From contig CM059434.1 in assembly GCA_030390025.1 (NCBI GenBank), positions 45,446,001 to 45,510,000 on the forward strand: DNA of 64,000 bases. Direction: 5' to 3'. Below the pieces are notes generated by a model that had not been told where the DNA came from, made no database searches, and was given only the letters and a program-made list of their open reading frames with translations. Within the stretch, counting starts at the first letter, position 1; every line of letters starts with the position of its first letter. A program made the translations under genes and the position numbers. Positions 1 to 14,214 of this stretch are shown in pieces. Source of the stretch: Squalus acanthias (taxonomy: Eukaryota).

Positions 1-378
1 GTTGAAGGACGCTGCGATTATCTCAAATTGTTAGGATTCTGAGTACCAATATTTGGAAGATAAACCGTACTAAAAGTATGTGTTGAAAAAAATTACATTT
101 CAACAATTCCTATACCGTGCAACTTTGTTTTCAGCTCTGCAGGCAATTTTTAGACTAACTTTGCTGCACTCAGTATTATTTTCTTAACGTATGAACCGTA
201 CAGGTTCTGCAGTTCCCAATAATTAAGCTAAAATTATTTCTGTTTTTTTGGGGTTGGAAGAAGTTGGAGCTGTAAGCTGCCTGGCTATCTAAGCATGTGG
301 TAGCTGTGGCTGCCATGATTATTATAGCTTTAATTAAAACATCGAAAATTATCAACTCTATTATATATTAAAAACAGT

Positions 379-942
379 GGCCCTGATTTTAACTTCCCTC
401 CACCTGTTGGAAACCACGTGGGCATCAATTGAAATGGAATGGGGGAACTTGCTACTTTCCTGCCCTGATTTGACCAACTGCAATCAGGCGAGTCCTCTTT
501 AAATGTGCTATTTTAACTGGAACCTAAGTGGGGAGCAGTGACGACATCCCCATCAGGCCAAACCTGCCGGAAGCTGGATGGTGGACCAGAGGAGGGCCAG
601 GCAGTTTAGTTTTAAAAACATTTTTTAGGTTTCTTTCTGGGCCAGAAGGAGCAGGAGTGCTCAAGGCCCCACAAGGAAGTCTTGGATCTCCGTAGCCCTG
701 GGCTTCCCCCAATCGCAATCGCCCATCCGCCCGCCCCCCCTCCCCCCCCCTCCCTTTCTCAGACTACCAGGAACCGTTCCCGCCCAAATGTTCATTCATG
801 CCCGCCAGTCAAGCCATATTTTCTGCTGGGTTTGGGTGGGTTTCGGGGCTTGGATATGGAAAACTCTCTGGGCCTTCATGTATTGTTGCTTGCCCTGACG
901 CCTCACATGGATGTATCCCGTCCTGCAATAAAATCGGGTCCC
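379..942. mobile_element. Non-autonomous Harbinger-type MITE
   Basis: Imperfect TIRs ggccctgatttt / aaaatcgggtcc; internal gaaggagcaggagtgctc motif shared with other MITEs in the window. Confidence 0.55.
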
Positions 943-1814
943 ATGTGTGGTCTTAAAATTCTAATAACGCATCTGTGGGTGGCACTGAGGTGAGCTTAAC
1001 TTACATGACTCAATACAGTACAGATGGGTTGCATCTTACATTATGACCCCGATATTTACTGGGGCGGGTCCCGGGGGGGAGAAGTTTTGTACAGAAATCC
1101 CGGAAGTCCGGGTTTCCCCACATGCTGTGAAGTAGCGTGTGTCTTTTTTTCTCTAGAAGGCTCCTCGTCCAGAAGCCAGCCTGATTGACAGGCTTGGCTC
1201 CCTGTCAGGCAGGAAGTGCTCTGGAGGAGGCCCCAGGAGCAGATAGGGAGCCTGCGTGGGCGGAGGGCAAGGGAGTCAGATCCTGAGGGGTGGTCCGCTC
1301 CCGGGGGTGTGTCCGTTTCTTGATCGCAGGAGGGGTCCGATACTGGGGGTCTTTGGATGGGGGCAGGGGTCTGATGGCCGGGGGAGGGTGGGGGGCGTTC
1401 TGATAGCGGGCAGGGAAGCATTCCTGCTCCTCTTGGTCCACAATCAGTTCCATAAAGGCCCTTACCTTTTCCACGAACTGGTCCTCACCTCCCTTCAGCT
1501 GTCCCAGAGTTAAACCTGGAAGATAGGTTAAATCTCAGGCATGCAGCCTCATTATATTTAAATGGCCATTTGTGTTTATTTGCAATACCTAAAGCTCTGA
1601 TTGGTTCCCTTGGATGACAAGTCCTGATTGCTGACTGGTCCCCTTGGAGGACAAGACACAACCAGCAGTTTCTCTGGAATGTGTAATTAGATCCTCCCTG
1701 CCTACATAATCAGTTACTTTGCAAAGTGTAAATCGAGCCATTCTGACTGCCTACTCCAGACAGAGCACAGCTCACTTGGAACAGACAGGGCTCACCCTCG
1801 CGGGTTAACACCTT

Positions 1815-4018
1815 CCCCTGCCCCCACTGCCCAAGTTCCTGACCTCCTTCCCCCGCCCCTCCACCCAAGTACCTGACCTACCCTCCCCCCCCGCCCAAGT
1901 TTCTGACATTCTCCCCCGCCCAAGTTCCTGACCTTCCCCCGATTCCCTCTCTCTCCTCCGATCCCCCTCTCTCTCCTCCGATCCCCCTCTCTCCCCCTCC
2001 GAGCCCACTCTCTATCCCCCGATCCCGCTCACTCCCCGTCTTTCCCTCCGATCCCCTGTCTCTCCCCCATCCCTCTCTCCCATGATCCCCCTCTCTCCCT
2101 CTGATCCCCCTCTCACTCCCCGATCCCCCCTCTCTCCCGCCGAGCCCACTCTCTCTCCCCCGATCCCCCTTCTCCCCCCCGATCCCCCCTCTCTCCCCCC
2201 GATCCCTCTCTTTCCCTCCGATCCCCCTCTCCTCCGATCCCCCTCTCCCTCCGATCCCCCTCTCCCCCCGATCCCACTCTCTTCCCCCGATTCCCACTCT
2301 ATCCCTCCGATTCCCTCCCCGATTCCCACCTTCTCTCTCCCCCATTCCCTCTCCCTGTCCCTCTCTCTCCACCTCTCTCCCCTGATTCCCTCTCTCCCTC
2401 CAATTGCCCCTCTCTCTCTCCCTCTGATTCCCCCTCTCCCCATTCCCTCTCTCCCCCTCCGATTCCCCTCTCTCTCCCTCCAATTCCCTCTCTCTCCCTC
2501 CAGTTCCCTCTCTCTCTGTCTCATTCTCCTGCTCCGATTCCCCCTCTCTCTCCCCGATTCCCCCTCTCTCTCCCATTCCCTCTCCCTCTGATTCCCCTCT
2601 CTCCCCCTCCGATTCCCCTCTCTCTCCCCCTTTCTCTCTCTGTCCCCCTCTCCCCCTCTGATTCCCCCCTCTCCCCCTCCGATTCCCTCTCTCCCTCCGA
2701 TTCCCCCCTCTCCCCCCTCGCTCCCTCCGATTCCCCCTCTCCTCCACTCTCCCTCCGATTCCCCCCACCCCCACTCTCTCCCCATTCCCTCTCTCTCCCC
2801 CAATTCCCACTCTCCCCCTCCCCTCTCTCCCCATTCCCTCTCTCTCTCCCCCAATTCCCACTCTCTCTCCCCATTCTCTGTCCCTCTCTCCCCCTCCAAT
2901 TTCCCCCTCTCCTCCTCTCCCTCTGATTCCCTCTCTCTCCCTCACTCCCTCCCTCCGATTCTCCCCTCTCTCCTCCACTCTCTCCCCGATTCCCTCTCTC
3001 TCCCTCCGATTCCCCCCTCATTCCTCCACTCTCTCCCCCAATTCCCACTCTCTCTCCCTGATTCCCCCTCTCCTCCACTCTCTCCCCCGATTCCCCCACT
3101 CTCTCCCCCGATTCCCCACTCTCTCCCCCATTCCCTCTCTCTCCCCCAATTCCCACTCTCTCCCCATTCCCTCTCTCCCCCTCCGATTCTCCCCTCCCTC
3201 CCACTCTTTCCCCCATTCCCTCTCTCCCCCAATTCCCACTCTCTCTCCCCATTCTCTGTCCCTCTCTCCCCCTCCGATTTCCCTCTCTCCTGATTCCCAC
3301 TCTCTCTCCCGCCGATTCCCCTCTCTCCTCCACTCTCTCCCCGATTCCCACTCTCTCTCCCTCCGATTCCCTCTCTCTCTCCCTCCGATTCCCCCCTCAT
3401 TCCTCCACTCTCCCCCGATTCCCACTCTCTCTCCCTCTGATTCCCCCTCTCTCCTCCACTCTCTCTCCCCCGATTCCCACTCTCTCTCCCCCGATTCCCA
3501 CTCTCTCTCCCCCGATTCCCACTCTCTCCCTCTGATTCCCCCCTCATTCCTCCACTCTCTCTCCCTCAATTCCCACTCTCTCCCTCCGATTCCCCCTCTC
3601 CCCCAATTCCCACTCTCTCTCCCCACGATTACCCCCTCTCTCCCTCCGATTCCCTCTCTCCCTCCGATTCCCCCTCTCCCCCTCCGATTCCCCCCCTCTC
3701 TCTCTCGCTCTCCGATTCCCCCCCTCTCTCTCCGATTCCCCCTCCGATTCCCCCTCTCTCCCCCTCCGATTCCCCCCCTCTCTCTCCGATTCCCCCTCTC
3801 TCCCCCTCCGATTCCCCCCTCTCTCCCTCCGATTCCCCCCTCTCTCCCTCCGATTCCCCCTCTCCCCCACGATTACCTCTCTCTCCCCCTCTCTCCCCCT
3901 CCGATTCCCCCCTCTCTCCCTCCGATTCCCTCTCTCCCCCTCCGATTCCCCCCTCTCTCCCCCTCTCTCCCCCTCCCTCTCTCTCCTCCACTCCCGCTCC
4001 CCCGATTCTCTCTCCTTT
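1815..4018. repeat. ~2.2 kb polypyrimidine/polypurine degenerate minisatellite (ccgattccccctctctc-like units)
   Basis: Directly visible; source of the spurious G/E/R-rich ORFs. Confidence 0.95.
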
Positions 4019-4039
4019 CACTGAGCTGAACAAAGTCTG

Positions 4040-4140
4040 GGCTCACGGGTACAACGCATGCGCGGATGGAACGCGGTGTTAGCGCGCATGCGCAGTAGGG
4101 AATCGGGTGCGCGGGCGCAGAAGGACACAAAATGTTCGCG
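4040..4140. promoter_or_regulatory. CpG-rich patch with NRF1-like GCGCATGCGC motifs; possible promoter
   Basis: cgcatgcgcg (~4056) and gcgcgcatgcgca (~4082) in otherwise CpG-poor DNA. Confidence 0.4.
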
Positions 4141-5852
4141 TGCTGATAATCACTTTGTAAATTTAGAATGAATGTTTTAAAATATCTTTTTAGATTCCCG
4201 AAAAGTACAGTTGGCTGTTACAGGCTGGAAGAACAAACAGTTTGGATCTGTGGGAGCTGCTGCTGTCTTTGTTAATAGCAACTAATAACACTTGCGTTGA
4301 GGACGGAAAAACAAACTTGTTTAACAGTAACCATAACTTAATTATGTTTTTGAGAATAGTGATGAATTTTGTACTGATTGAGGAAAATGGGAAATGGAGT
4401 ATCTTTCTAATAGTCTTCACTATTTATTGAATCAAGCATCTTTGTGTTGGTGTAGCATGGAAAATGGTGCAGACTTCAGCTCCTTTCAGTGTCCCAACAA
4501 TGTGCACTGATCCCAGCCTCCGAACAACACCGCTTAATGCACCAGAGTTACCTTTCCTTGTGACAGTTAAAGTGACAGTTTAGCACCAAAATGTAGACAA
4601 CTTTCTACTGTCGACTTGAAATCATTAGCAACTGGAGTTAAGATCACCTCGGATCATTTAATGTTCAATTCTTCTAGTCAACAGAAAAAATGTCATCCCG
4701 TTAGTCTGGCAAAGATTTGTATCCAGGACCCAGAGTGAGCTCATTTTATCTTCCCGTCCCACTCATATTTAGAATTGTTTTCCAAAATATTGTTCCATTT
4801 AGCTGCAAAATAGAGACAAGTTTACTATCATTGGGAGTGTTTTTTCCTCACAAGCAGTTGCAGATTTTTGTTTTGAGGCAAGGGATTAACCCTTTGAACA
4901 CCATTCCGGCCTTTGCACTAATGCTGCCAGGAACAATCCTATGTTGCAAATCTGATTCGTTAGACAGTTATATAACATTCACTTTCATTGATTGTTAATA
5001 CTGAAGAATCGAGGCTATGGCAACATTTTTGCACCTTGATGATTTGACCCATCAGCAGCCCATTGGTGAATAATAGCTTCTCATCAGTCTACAATTCTGT
5101 AGATTCAGTGGTTGGTCAATGTTGCACACTTGTGTGGAATAAAACATTCTTAGAATTACATTTTATTTTTCTTTGTACATTACAATGGAAAACAGATTAT
5201 ACATTTTTAGGCATTTGGTTTATTTCAGATTTATTTTAATCTTTTTCTGTGCAACTCCATAACCCATATTTCCATAACCCATATTTGTTCTACCATTTTG
5301 TTTTATAGTTTTTGTCTATGTTAGGATATGAAGGCATGTTTTATTGTAATTTATTTGTGAAATATGTAAATATTTTGTAACTAACCTGAATGCAGTTTTG
5401 TTACTGACGGAATTGTAGTTGTTCCACAGTTGCATATTGCTAAATAATCATTTTATAATGTATTCTGTTTATTCTTGGAGTCCATAGTACTTGAAATTGT
5501 TGCTGAACCTGCAATAAGAACATGTCTTGTTGAGGTTATCCTGCACTGTAGAATGACAAGTTTTAGTGATGTTTTGTTTTAAGGGGAATTAACATATTTT
5601 TGCAACTTTACAGTAAACAATCAGAAGTGTGAAGTATGAAGCAGGCTGCAAACCCCCCATGTTTGACGGGGGGGGGGGGGGGGGGGGAGGTTGCTCACAC
5701 TAGAGGAAGACCATCTTTTTCAGATATGGCACTGTGCTGATACATCCCAGAATCTTGTTAGCTCTTACTTACGAGAGGCTATTCAGAAATACCAAAAAGG
5801 GAGACGAAGAAAGATAGAGAAAATTGGGTAAGAAAGAGAAGGAAAATACATT

Positions 5853-6241
5853 GGCCCGGATTTTGCGGTCAGCGGCGAAGGAACGGCGCTCACTGTTCAT
5901 TACGCTTACAGCTGTCGACAGACACTTTTGGGCTTTTGAGTGGCAATTTACAGTCATCGGGAGTCTGATACAGCACGGCGCCCTCTACAGGAGAGCTGGG
6001 ACCTGTGTGACCAGAACAAGCAACAGCCCTGTGATCAGGCCCCCCCCCTGCGATCTATCCCACACCCCCACTAGACCTACCTGCTCTCAGCCCAGCTCGG
6101 CTGCGGCCTTTTGCTGTAGGAGTTCCCACCCAACAGGCCTCTAGCCTGTCAATCAGGCTGGTTGTAGGCGGGAAACCTACAGAAAAATATTTAAAGGCGT
6201 ACTGCAGTTAAAAACTGAACCGCCGAGCTAAAATCCAGGCC
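5853..6241. mobile_element. Harbinger-type MITE
   Basis: TIRs GGCCCGGATTTT / AAAATCCAGGCC. Confidence 0.7.
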
Positions 6242-6578
6242 TATGTTTCCACTTGTGAGAGAATCCAAAACTAGGGGCCATAAATACAAGATAGTTACTA
6301 ATAAATCCAATGGGGAAAAATGGAGAAATGTCTTTACTCAGAGAGTGGTTAGAATGTGGAACTCGCTACCACAGGAAGTGGTTGAGGCAAATAGCTTGGA
6401 TGCTTTCAAAAGGAGACTAGACGATTACATGAGAGAAAGAGAACAGAAAGATATGCTGAAAGGCTGAGATGAGGTAGATAGAATGGGAGCAGACTCGTGT
6501 GGAGCATAAACACCAGTACAGACTAGTTGGGCCGAATGACCTGTTTCTATGCTGTATATTCTATGTAATTCTGTGTAA
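6242..6578 (+). mobile_element. CR1 LINE 3' fragment
   Basis: TRGH..FTQRVVRMWNSLP C-terminus, 3' UTR and ttctatgt-like tail. Confidence 0.85.
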
Positions 6579-8320
6579 TATGTGCTCATTTTATGTTTGA
6601 GGTGTTTGGCCTCAGTTCAATAGGTGAAAAAGAAATGATTGGTCTGAATCCCTTTCCAGAGGTACAAATCTGTGGAACCGACAACCTCGAATGAGGAACT
6701 CTGTATAGAATGGCACTGATAGCAAGCTAAGAAATTGTGGAATTGGTGCTAACTGAATGCTAGTAAATGTGTAACACTGAATGGTAATAGGGAACTTGTG
6801 TATTAGGGGAGGAAGTGGAGGGCGGTGTATGATCTAGGGTTCTTTGCGATTTGCATGGCCATGACCTATACAAGTAAGATCCAAAGGTTTGGTAAGTATT
6901 TTACAGGATTTGCAGAAATTATTATACAACATTTGTAGAAATTACTGCACATGGGTCAATGCTGCATAATAATGAAACTAGAAGCGTGTTACAAAGAATA
7001 AAACTAATGAGAAGACTGCTTGAGAGGCTCACATGAGAATCTAATAACCTATGACTGTCAAAATAGGATTTAAAAAATGACTAGGTCCCTGCATAGTACT
7101 GTCTAAAATATTGTGGACTTGTGTTCATGTGAAAAGCAATTATATTAAAAAAGATTGTATTCCACAAGTGTCTCTTTATTGCAAAGAGTAAAAACATATG
7201 TATATATATACTGTTCATCCATAACAACAGATTAAGTCCCATTTACAGCCTATCTCAGCTGTCTCTATCTGTGACCTTTGGCAGAACTACTGCTCCATGT
7301 GACTAGAAGACACCCATTTACAGCCTACATGGCTGTCGGGCATTGACCAGCTTAAGATTTAGCACTTGTTTCCTTTTGTTCTTCCTCTAAAGCAGAAGGG
7401 AACAAAATGCTGTTAGGAGAGGGGACTATTCTAGATTCCATACAGCAAGTGAAAAGGTGCTGTTAAAGTAGAACTATGAGTCTGATAGTTTTTTTCTTTC
7501 TAGGGAAAAGTGCCTCCTTTCACTGCCAAATGGCATAATTAAAATCAGGAGCTCCCTGCCTGGGAGTTCACTGACACAGACCTGCATCCCATTACTGCGA
7601 TGCAGCAAGTTGCAGTATTTCAGAGTGACCTGACATTGGCTGGGTTATAGCCCTTTCCAAAAAAGTTAGTGACACTGATGTTACCATATACTTTCTTTAG
7701 AACTGCATTCTACAAGTTTCACTATAAAACACCCAAGCTTTTCCAGGTTCTGTGAATGTGTCTTTGAAACTGAGTCAAAACCTAACCCTTTCTTGTGGTG
7801 ATAAAGGGAAATTGCAACTTTTGTCACAGGGTTAATTATCGAAGAGGTATTTATATATTTTGCACTGGACTACTAACATATTTTGTATATTTTTCAAAAT
7901 TGTAATGATTGCTGGAAAGAAAAAAAAAGTGTGGAGGATTATAGTTTAAAAAAAAAAGTCTTTCTGGATTTGTCACCAAACAAATAAAAGTATTCAGCTG
8001 ACATGGATTAAGAAAATATATCTATGTTGATGCTACACATTGGTGCAATGGTGAACCAGTTTATGCATAAGTATCTGATCACACTCCCAGGAACGTTTTC
8101 TAGGAATAAAGGTTTGCAATCAGAGAAACTATAATGTTTATTTTTAATTAACGATGTGATTTCCCTCTGCCACTTCTCTTACAGGAATGGCCACCTTGAA
8201 GTTCTGTTTCTCCCCAACATGATTTCTGTTTGTCTCTTTTACCCTGTTCACTCACCATCATTTTTATCCTTTTCCTTATAATGTTGATCATGTATTTGCT
8301 TTCACAGCCACATCTCTTTT

Positions 8321-9357
8321 GGTTGGGAGGTAGGAGACAGAGAGTAGGGATAAAGGGAACATTCTCTGATTGGCGGGACGTGACAAGCGGTGTTCCCCAG
8401 GTATCTATATTGATGCCTCAGCTATTTCACCATATACATTAATGACTCAAATGAAGGAATTAAGAGTTGTATATCCGAGTTTGTAGTTGTCACTAAGTTA
8501 GAAGGCACAGTAAGTTGTGTAGATGGGAACATGACAGACTAAGTGAGTTGGCAAAACTAATACAAATGGGAATTCAATATTTGTGTAGTGTGAGGTCATC
8601 TACTTTGGATCTGAGAAAGACAAATGGGAATATTTTCTTAATCATGAGAGACTAGGAGCTGTTGATAAGCAAAGGGATTTAGGGGTCAATGTACACAAAT
8701 GACTAAAAGCTAGTGCACAGGTACAATAAGTAATCAATATAGGCTAATGGAATGTTATCCTTTGTCTCAAGGGGATTGGAATTCAAAAGAGAAAAAGTGA
8801 CACTTCAGCTCTACAGAGTCTTGGTCAGAGCCCATCTGGAGTACTGTGTTCATTTTTTGGCACCAAACCTCAGGAAATATATATTGGCCTTGAAAGGGGT
8901 ACAGTGCAGACTCACCAGGGTTAAATTATGAGGACAGGTTATATAAATTGGTTTGTATTCCCTTGAGTTTAGAAGGTTGATGGGTGATCCAATCGCGGTC
9001 TTTAAAATGATAAAGGGATTCAATAGGGTAGATACAGAGAAGCTATTTTCTCTGGTGGGAGAGTGCAGAACAAGGGGGCACAATCTTAAAATTAGAGCTA
9101 GGCCATTCAGGACTGAAATCAGAAAGCACTTTTTCATACAAAAGGTAGTGTAAATCTGGAACTCTTTCCCAAAAGCTGTGGATGCTGGGTCCATTGCGAT
9201 TTTCAAGAATGAGATGGACAGATTTTTATTAGGTAAGTGCATTAAGGGATATGGACCCACGGTGGGTAAATGGAATTGAGGTACAGATCAGCCATGATCT
9301 AATTGATTGGTGGAACAGGTTCAAGGGGTTGATTAGCCTAATCCTGTTCCTATGTTC
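8321..9357 (+). mobile_element. Degraded CR1 LINE (RT to 3' end)
   Basis: RRQRVGIKG..SGVPQ..; YSLEFRRLMGD..TRGH; CR1 3' UTR. Confidence 0.9.
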
Positions 9358-10609
9358 TCAGCATCTATCTCCAGTTCTGGCTCATTCTCCATGGATACAG
9401 GCTTAAAATTCATTATTCCTCTTTTGGACTCACCCATGATCACCATGATATTCAATGTTCCTGTAACTACTTCTCTCGCTGCTTTTTAAAATCCACCCTC
9501 TCCACCATGCGCTGATGCATCCATGCTCTCCATCTCTCTCTTCAGCAGCATCAATTCACATTACTTTGGAACTGTATTGGTCCTCAGTTCCATATAATCT
9601 TTTGCCCCATCGGGCAGTTTAACAAAAAATATCATTTTAGGTAGCAAAGACGGTAAGCTTCAACAAGGTGTGGGATGGGTACGAAACGCAATCTCTGGCC
9701 TGTATTACAGGCCCGGGGTATTTTAACTTCAGGGCCTCATTTAAATGCTGCTGCCACTGGCTTCCAGGCAAGTAAAGGGGAAAAGGTTACGAGAGGATCT
9801 TGCGGGAGGGAAGGTGGGGGTGCGGAATTCCAGGTCAGGGAAGACCACAACTTTTCTTGTGGGGCCGAGAGCAGCACTCCTGCTCCTCCTGGTTCTGCAG
9901 AGAAAATACTTTTACTTGCCTGGAGGGCCTCTTCATCTTTCCCACCAGCTGATGACCTGCTTTAGCCTAGCGGGAGAGCCATGGCGACTTCCCCGCTCAG
10001 GCCCTGGTTAAAATGTCTTTGGGGTCCTGTTGACGTATTGGAACCATGATTTGCATAAATTCAGAAGGCTCCACCTAATTTAGGTGAGCAGCTTATCCTC
10101 CTGCAGAACCCTGCAAGGTAATATTGGCGACTGCAGGGAAAGGTTAGGTTCTGAGCAGGTAAGTAACCTGCTCATTTTTAACTGGCGGTAAAGTCTGTGG
10201 CTTCCCTGCTCTCAACTTGCCCGCCGGAACATCTGGCTCTTCAAAAACGGTACCCACAACCCTCCTAGTGACTGTCATGGTCTACCACTCCCCACTGATA
10301 TTCAAAAAAAAGAATTCCTGCTTCTGGGTTCCCCAGCACCTATGTCTCCCCTACTCTCTGGTCAGTGTTTAAAGTGGCCTCTCTCTCTCCATTCGTCTCT
10401 TTCTTTCTCCTCTCTCCCTATTCATCATTCCCTCACTCCCTCTTTAATAACTGTGCTCTGCCACGGTATTATTAGTCTATCTTACTGAAGAATCATAGTA
10501 CATTGATCAGCCAAATGAGTAAACTCAAGTGGAAGTGATTTCCACTGTTTGTGTACCTTTAAATTGCTCCTCCCGAGTTTCCATGATCTTTCAGAGGCAG
10601 TCAGAGAAA

Positions 10610-13571
10610 TCAACGGTTTAAATCAAACATGGCCACAGTAAATAATAATTCTAATAGGTCTAACAGCGTTAAAAAAACAAGCCTGAAGGCTTTGTGTCTT
10701 AATGCGAGGAGCATTCGTAATAAGGTGGATGAATTAGCTGCGCAAATAGAGGTAAACAAATATGATTTGATTGGGATTACGGAAACATGGCTCCAGGGTG
10801 GCCAAGGCTGGGAACTCAACATCCAGGGGTATTCAATATTCAGGAAAGATAGGCAAAAAGGAAAGGGAGGTGGCGTAGCTTTGCTGGTTAAAGGGGATTA
10901 ACACAATTTTAAGGAAGGATATTAGCTCTGATGATGTGGAATCTGTATGGGTAGAACTGAGAAATACCAAGGGGCAGAAAATGTTAGTGGGAGTGGTATA
11001 TAGACCCCCAAACAGTAATGTGGAGTTTGGGGATGGCATTAAAAGGGAAATTAGAGAAGCGTGCAATAAGGGCACAGCAGTAATCATGGATGACTTTAAT
11101 CTACATATAGATTGGGCTAACCAAATTAGTAACAATACTGTGGAGGAGGAATTCCTGGAGTGTTTACGGGATGGTTTCCTGGACCAATATGTCGAGGAAC
11201 CAACCAGAGATCATGCCATCTTAGACTGGGTATTATGTAATGAGAAAGGATTAATTAGCAATCTTGTTGTACGAGGCCCCTTGGGTCGGAGCGATCATAA
11301 TATGATTGAATTCTTCATTAAGATGGAGAGTGAAGTAGTTGACTCAGAGACTAGGGTCCTGAATTTAAATAAAGGAAACTACAATGGTATGAGGCGCGAG
11401 TTGGGTAGGATTGATTGGGGAATGTCACTCAAAGGGTTGACGGTGGATAGGCAATGGCAAACATTCAAAGACCGCATGGATGAACTACAGAATTTGTTCA
11501 TTCCAGTTTGGCATAAGAATAAAACAAAAAAGGTGACTCAACCGTGGCTAACAAGGGAAATTAGGGATAGCATAAGATCCAAGGAGAGGACATATAAATT
11601 GGCCAGAAAAAGCAGTAAACCTGAGGATTGGGAGCAGTTTAGGATTCAACAAAGGAGGACAAAGGGATTAATTAAGAAGGGGAAAATAGAATATGAGAGG
11701 AAGCTTTCAGGGAACATAAAAACTGACTGTAAAAGCTTTTATAGATATGTGAAGAGAAAAAGATTGGTGAGGTCAAGCGTAGGTCCCTTGCAGTCAGAAT
11801 CAGGGGAACTTATAATGGTGAACAAAGAAATGGCAGACCAATTAAATACATATTTTGGTTCTGTCTTCACAAAGGAGGACACAAATAACCTCCCAGAGAT
11901 GTCGAGGAACATAGGGTCTGATGAAAGGGAGGAACTGAAAGAAATCAGTATTTGCAGGGAAATGGTGTTAGGGAAATTGACGGGATTGAAGGCCGATAAA
12001 TCCCCAGGGCCTGATAATCTACATCCTAGGGTACTTAAGGAAGTGGCACTAGAAATAGTAGATGCATTGCTGATCATCTTCCAACATCCGATGGAATCTG
12101 GAACAATACCCATGGATTGGAGGGTAGCTAAAGTTACCCCACTATTCAAAAAAGGTGGTAGAGAGAAAACGGGGAATTACAGACATCGGTAGTGGGGAAA
12201 ATGCTAGAGTCCATTATAAAAGATGTAATAGCAGAGCACTTGGAAAACAGTGACAGGATCGGACAAAGTCAACATGGATTTACAAAAGGTAAATCGTGCT
12301 TGACTAATCTACTGGAATTTTTTGAGGATGTAACTGGTAAAATAGATAAGGGAGAACCAGTGGATGTGGTGTATTTGGACTTTCAAAAGGCTTTCGATAA
12401 GGTCCTGCATAAGAGATTAGCGTGTAAAGTTAAGGCACATGGAATTGGGGGCAAGGTATTGACTTGGATAGAGAACTGGTTGGCAGACAGAAAGCAAAGA
12501 GTTGGAATAAACGGGTCTTTTTCCGAGTGGCAGGCAGTGACTAGTGTGGTACCGCAGGGATCGGTCCTTGGACCCCAGCTATTCACAATATATATTAATG
12601 ATCTAGACAAGGGAACTAGATGTAATATCTCCAAGTTTGCAGACGACACAAAGCTGGGTGGGCGTGTGTGCTGTGAGGAGGATGCCGAGAAACTCCAGGA
12701 TGATTTGGACAGGTTGGGTGATTGGGCAGAAGCATGGCAGATGCAATATAACGTGGATAAATGCGAGGTTATCCACTTTGGTGTCAAAAACAGGAAGGCA
12801 GATTATTATCTGAATAGCAATAGATTGGGAGAAGGGGAAGTGCAACGAGACCTGGGTGTCCTTGTGCACCAGTCGCTGAAGGTAAGCATGCAGGTGCAGC
12901 AGACGGTTAAGAAGGCAAATGGTATGTTGGACTTCGTAGCGAGAGGGTTTGAGTACAGGAACAAGGATGTCTTGCTGCAGTTGTACAGGGCCTTGGTGAG
13001 ACCACATCTTGAGTATTGTGTGCAGTTTTGGTCGCCTTATCTGTGGAAGGAGGTTCTTGCCATGGAAGGAGTTCAGCGAAGATTCACAAGGCTGATACCT
13101 GGGATGGCAGGAATGACGTATGAGGAGAGATTGGGTCGATTGGGCTTATACTCGCTGGAGTTTAGAAGAATGAGAGGGGATCTCATTGAAACTTATAAAA
13201 TTCTGACAGGACTGGACAGACTAGATGCAGGAAAGATGTTCCCGATGGTCGGGGAGTCCAGAACCAGGGGTCACAGTCTGAGGATAAGGGGTAAGCCATT
13301 TAGGACAGAAATGAGGAGGAATTTCTTCACCCAGAGAGTGGTGAACCTGTGGAATTCTCTACCACAGAAGGCAGTAGAAGCCAATTCATTAAATATATTC
13401 AAGAAGCAGTTGGATAAATTTCTTAAGGCTAAAGGGATCAAGGGATATGGGGAGAAAGCAGGGACAGGGTTCTGAATTTGGATGATCAGTCATGATCGCA
13501 TTGAATGGCGGAGCAGGCTAGAGGGGCTGAATGACCTACTCCTGCTCCTATCTTCTATGTTTCTATGTTTC
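10610..13571 (+). mobile_element. CR1 LINE, near-complete ORF2 (APE endonuclease + RT) with frameshifts
   Basis: [42 protein letters not shown] across three ORFs (10629-10901, 10936-12192, 12192-13475); tail ttctatgtttctatgtttct. Confidence 0.97.
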
Positions 13572-14165
13572 TGGCTTTACCCATGATCCGCTTGCTGAGT
13601 GCCCGATGTGCTCATTTGCCTGTCAGCCAGCGGCACCGCCGATGCGAGTTTCCTGGTTTTGCACTCTGGCTAGCTGGCACTCAATTAAAAATGGTAACCT
13701 AGCCAAGTGGCTCGCCTGCCCGTTTGGAATAAAAATCGGGCCATTTCCACACGGGCAAGCAATTTGCTCTGACAGATTGCCATCCAGGCGGCAAAGTTGA
13801 GAATTCTCCCGCTGATATTAATGATAAAAGTGACATTTATGAACAACAGCAAAATGGTATGAGGTGTGAGTGATGTGATGCCATCTATTTTTGATGCAAT
13901 ATGTGTTTAGAAAAATGTTCTCGTTTACAATCTTTAATTGAAACGCTGTACTTTTCAATATTAGTGAATAATTAAACCATTGTGCTGGAACTTTGTCCCG
14001 GGTAACAAAAGTTCTATTTTCTTTGCTCCATCTTGCTAATCAACCAGACAAAGGTTGTTTAATAATGAAAGTAAAAGACTGAGTTTGTTCTACAATAAAC
14101 ACGCACCTGTTGATGGATATTGTTCTTGGAGAATGCTTTAGGAGCTTGCAGCTCTCAAAACAAGA

Positions 14166-14214
14166 ATGAACATTTTGACTTTTTGCAGTATTGTTTCATT
14201 TATTTCAACATCAG
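14166..14214 (+). CDS. Putative signal-peptide exon ([16 protein letters not shown])
   Basis: agaATG (A at -3), 16 mostly hydrophobic codons, TCAG|gtaaag phase-1 donor matching the IgV exon phase. Confidence 0.6.

Noticed and set aside
1-75. - strand exon after a ttttag acceptor
   Set aside because: Stops in all three frames; at most UTR, unsupported
1805-4130. Long G/E/R-rich and P/S/L-rich ORFs
   Set aside because: Artefacts of a stop-poor low-complexity repeat; open in several frames
10610-13571. Active CR1
   Set aside because: ORF2 broken by a frameshift near 10900 and a deletion/frameshift near 12190; ORF1 absent
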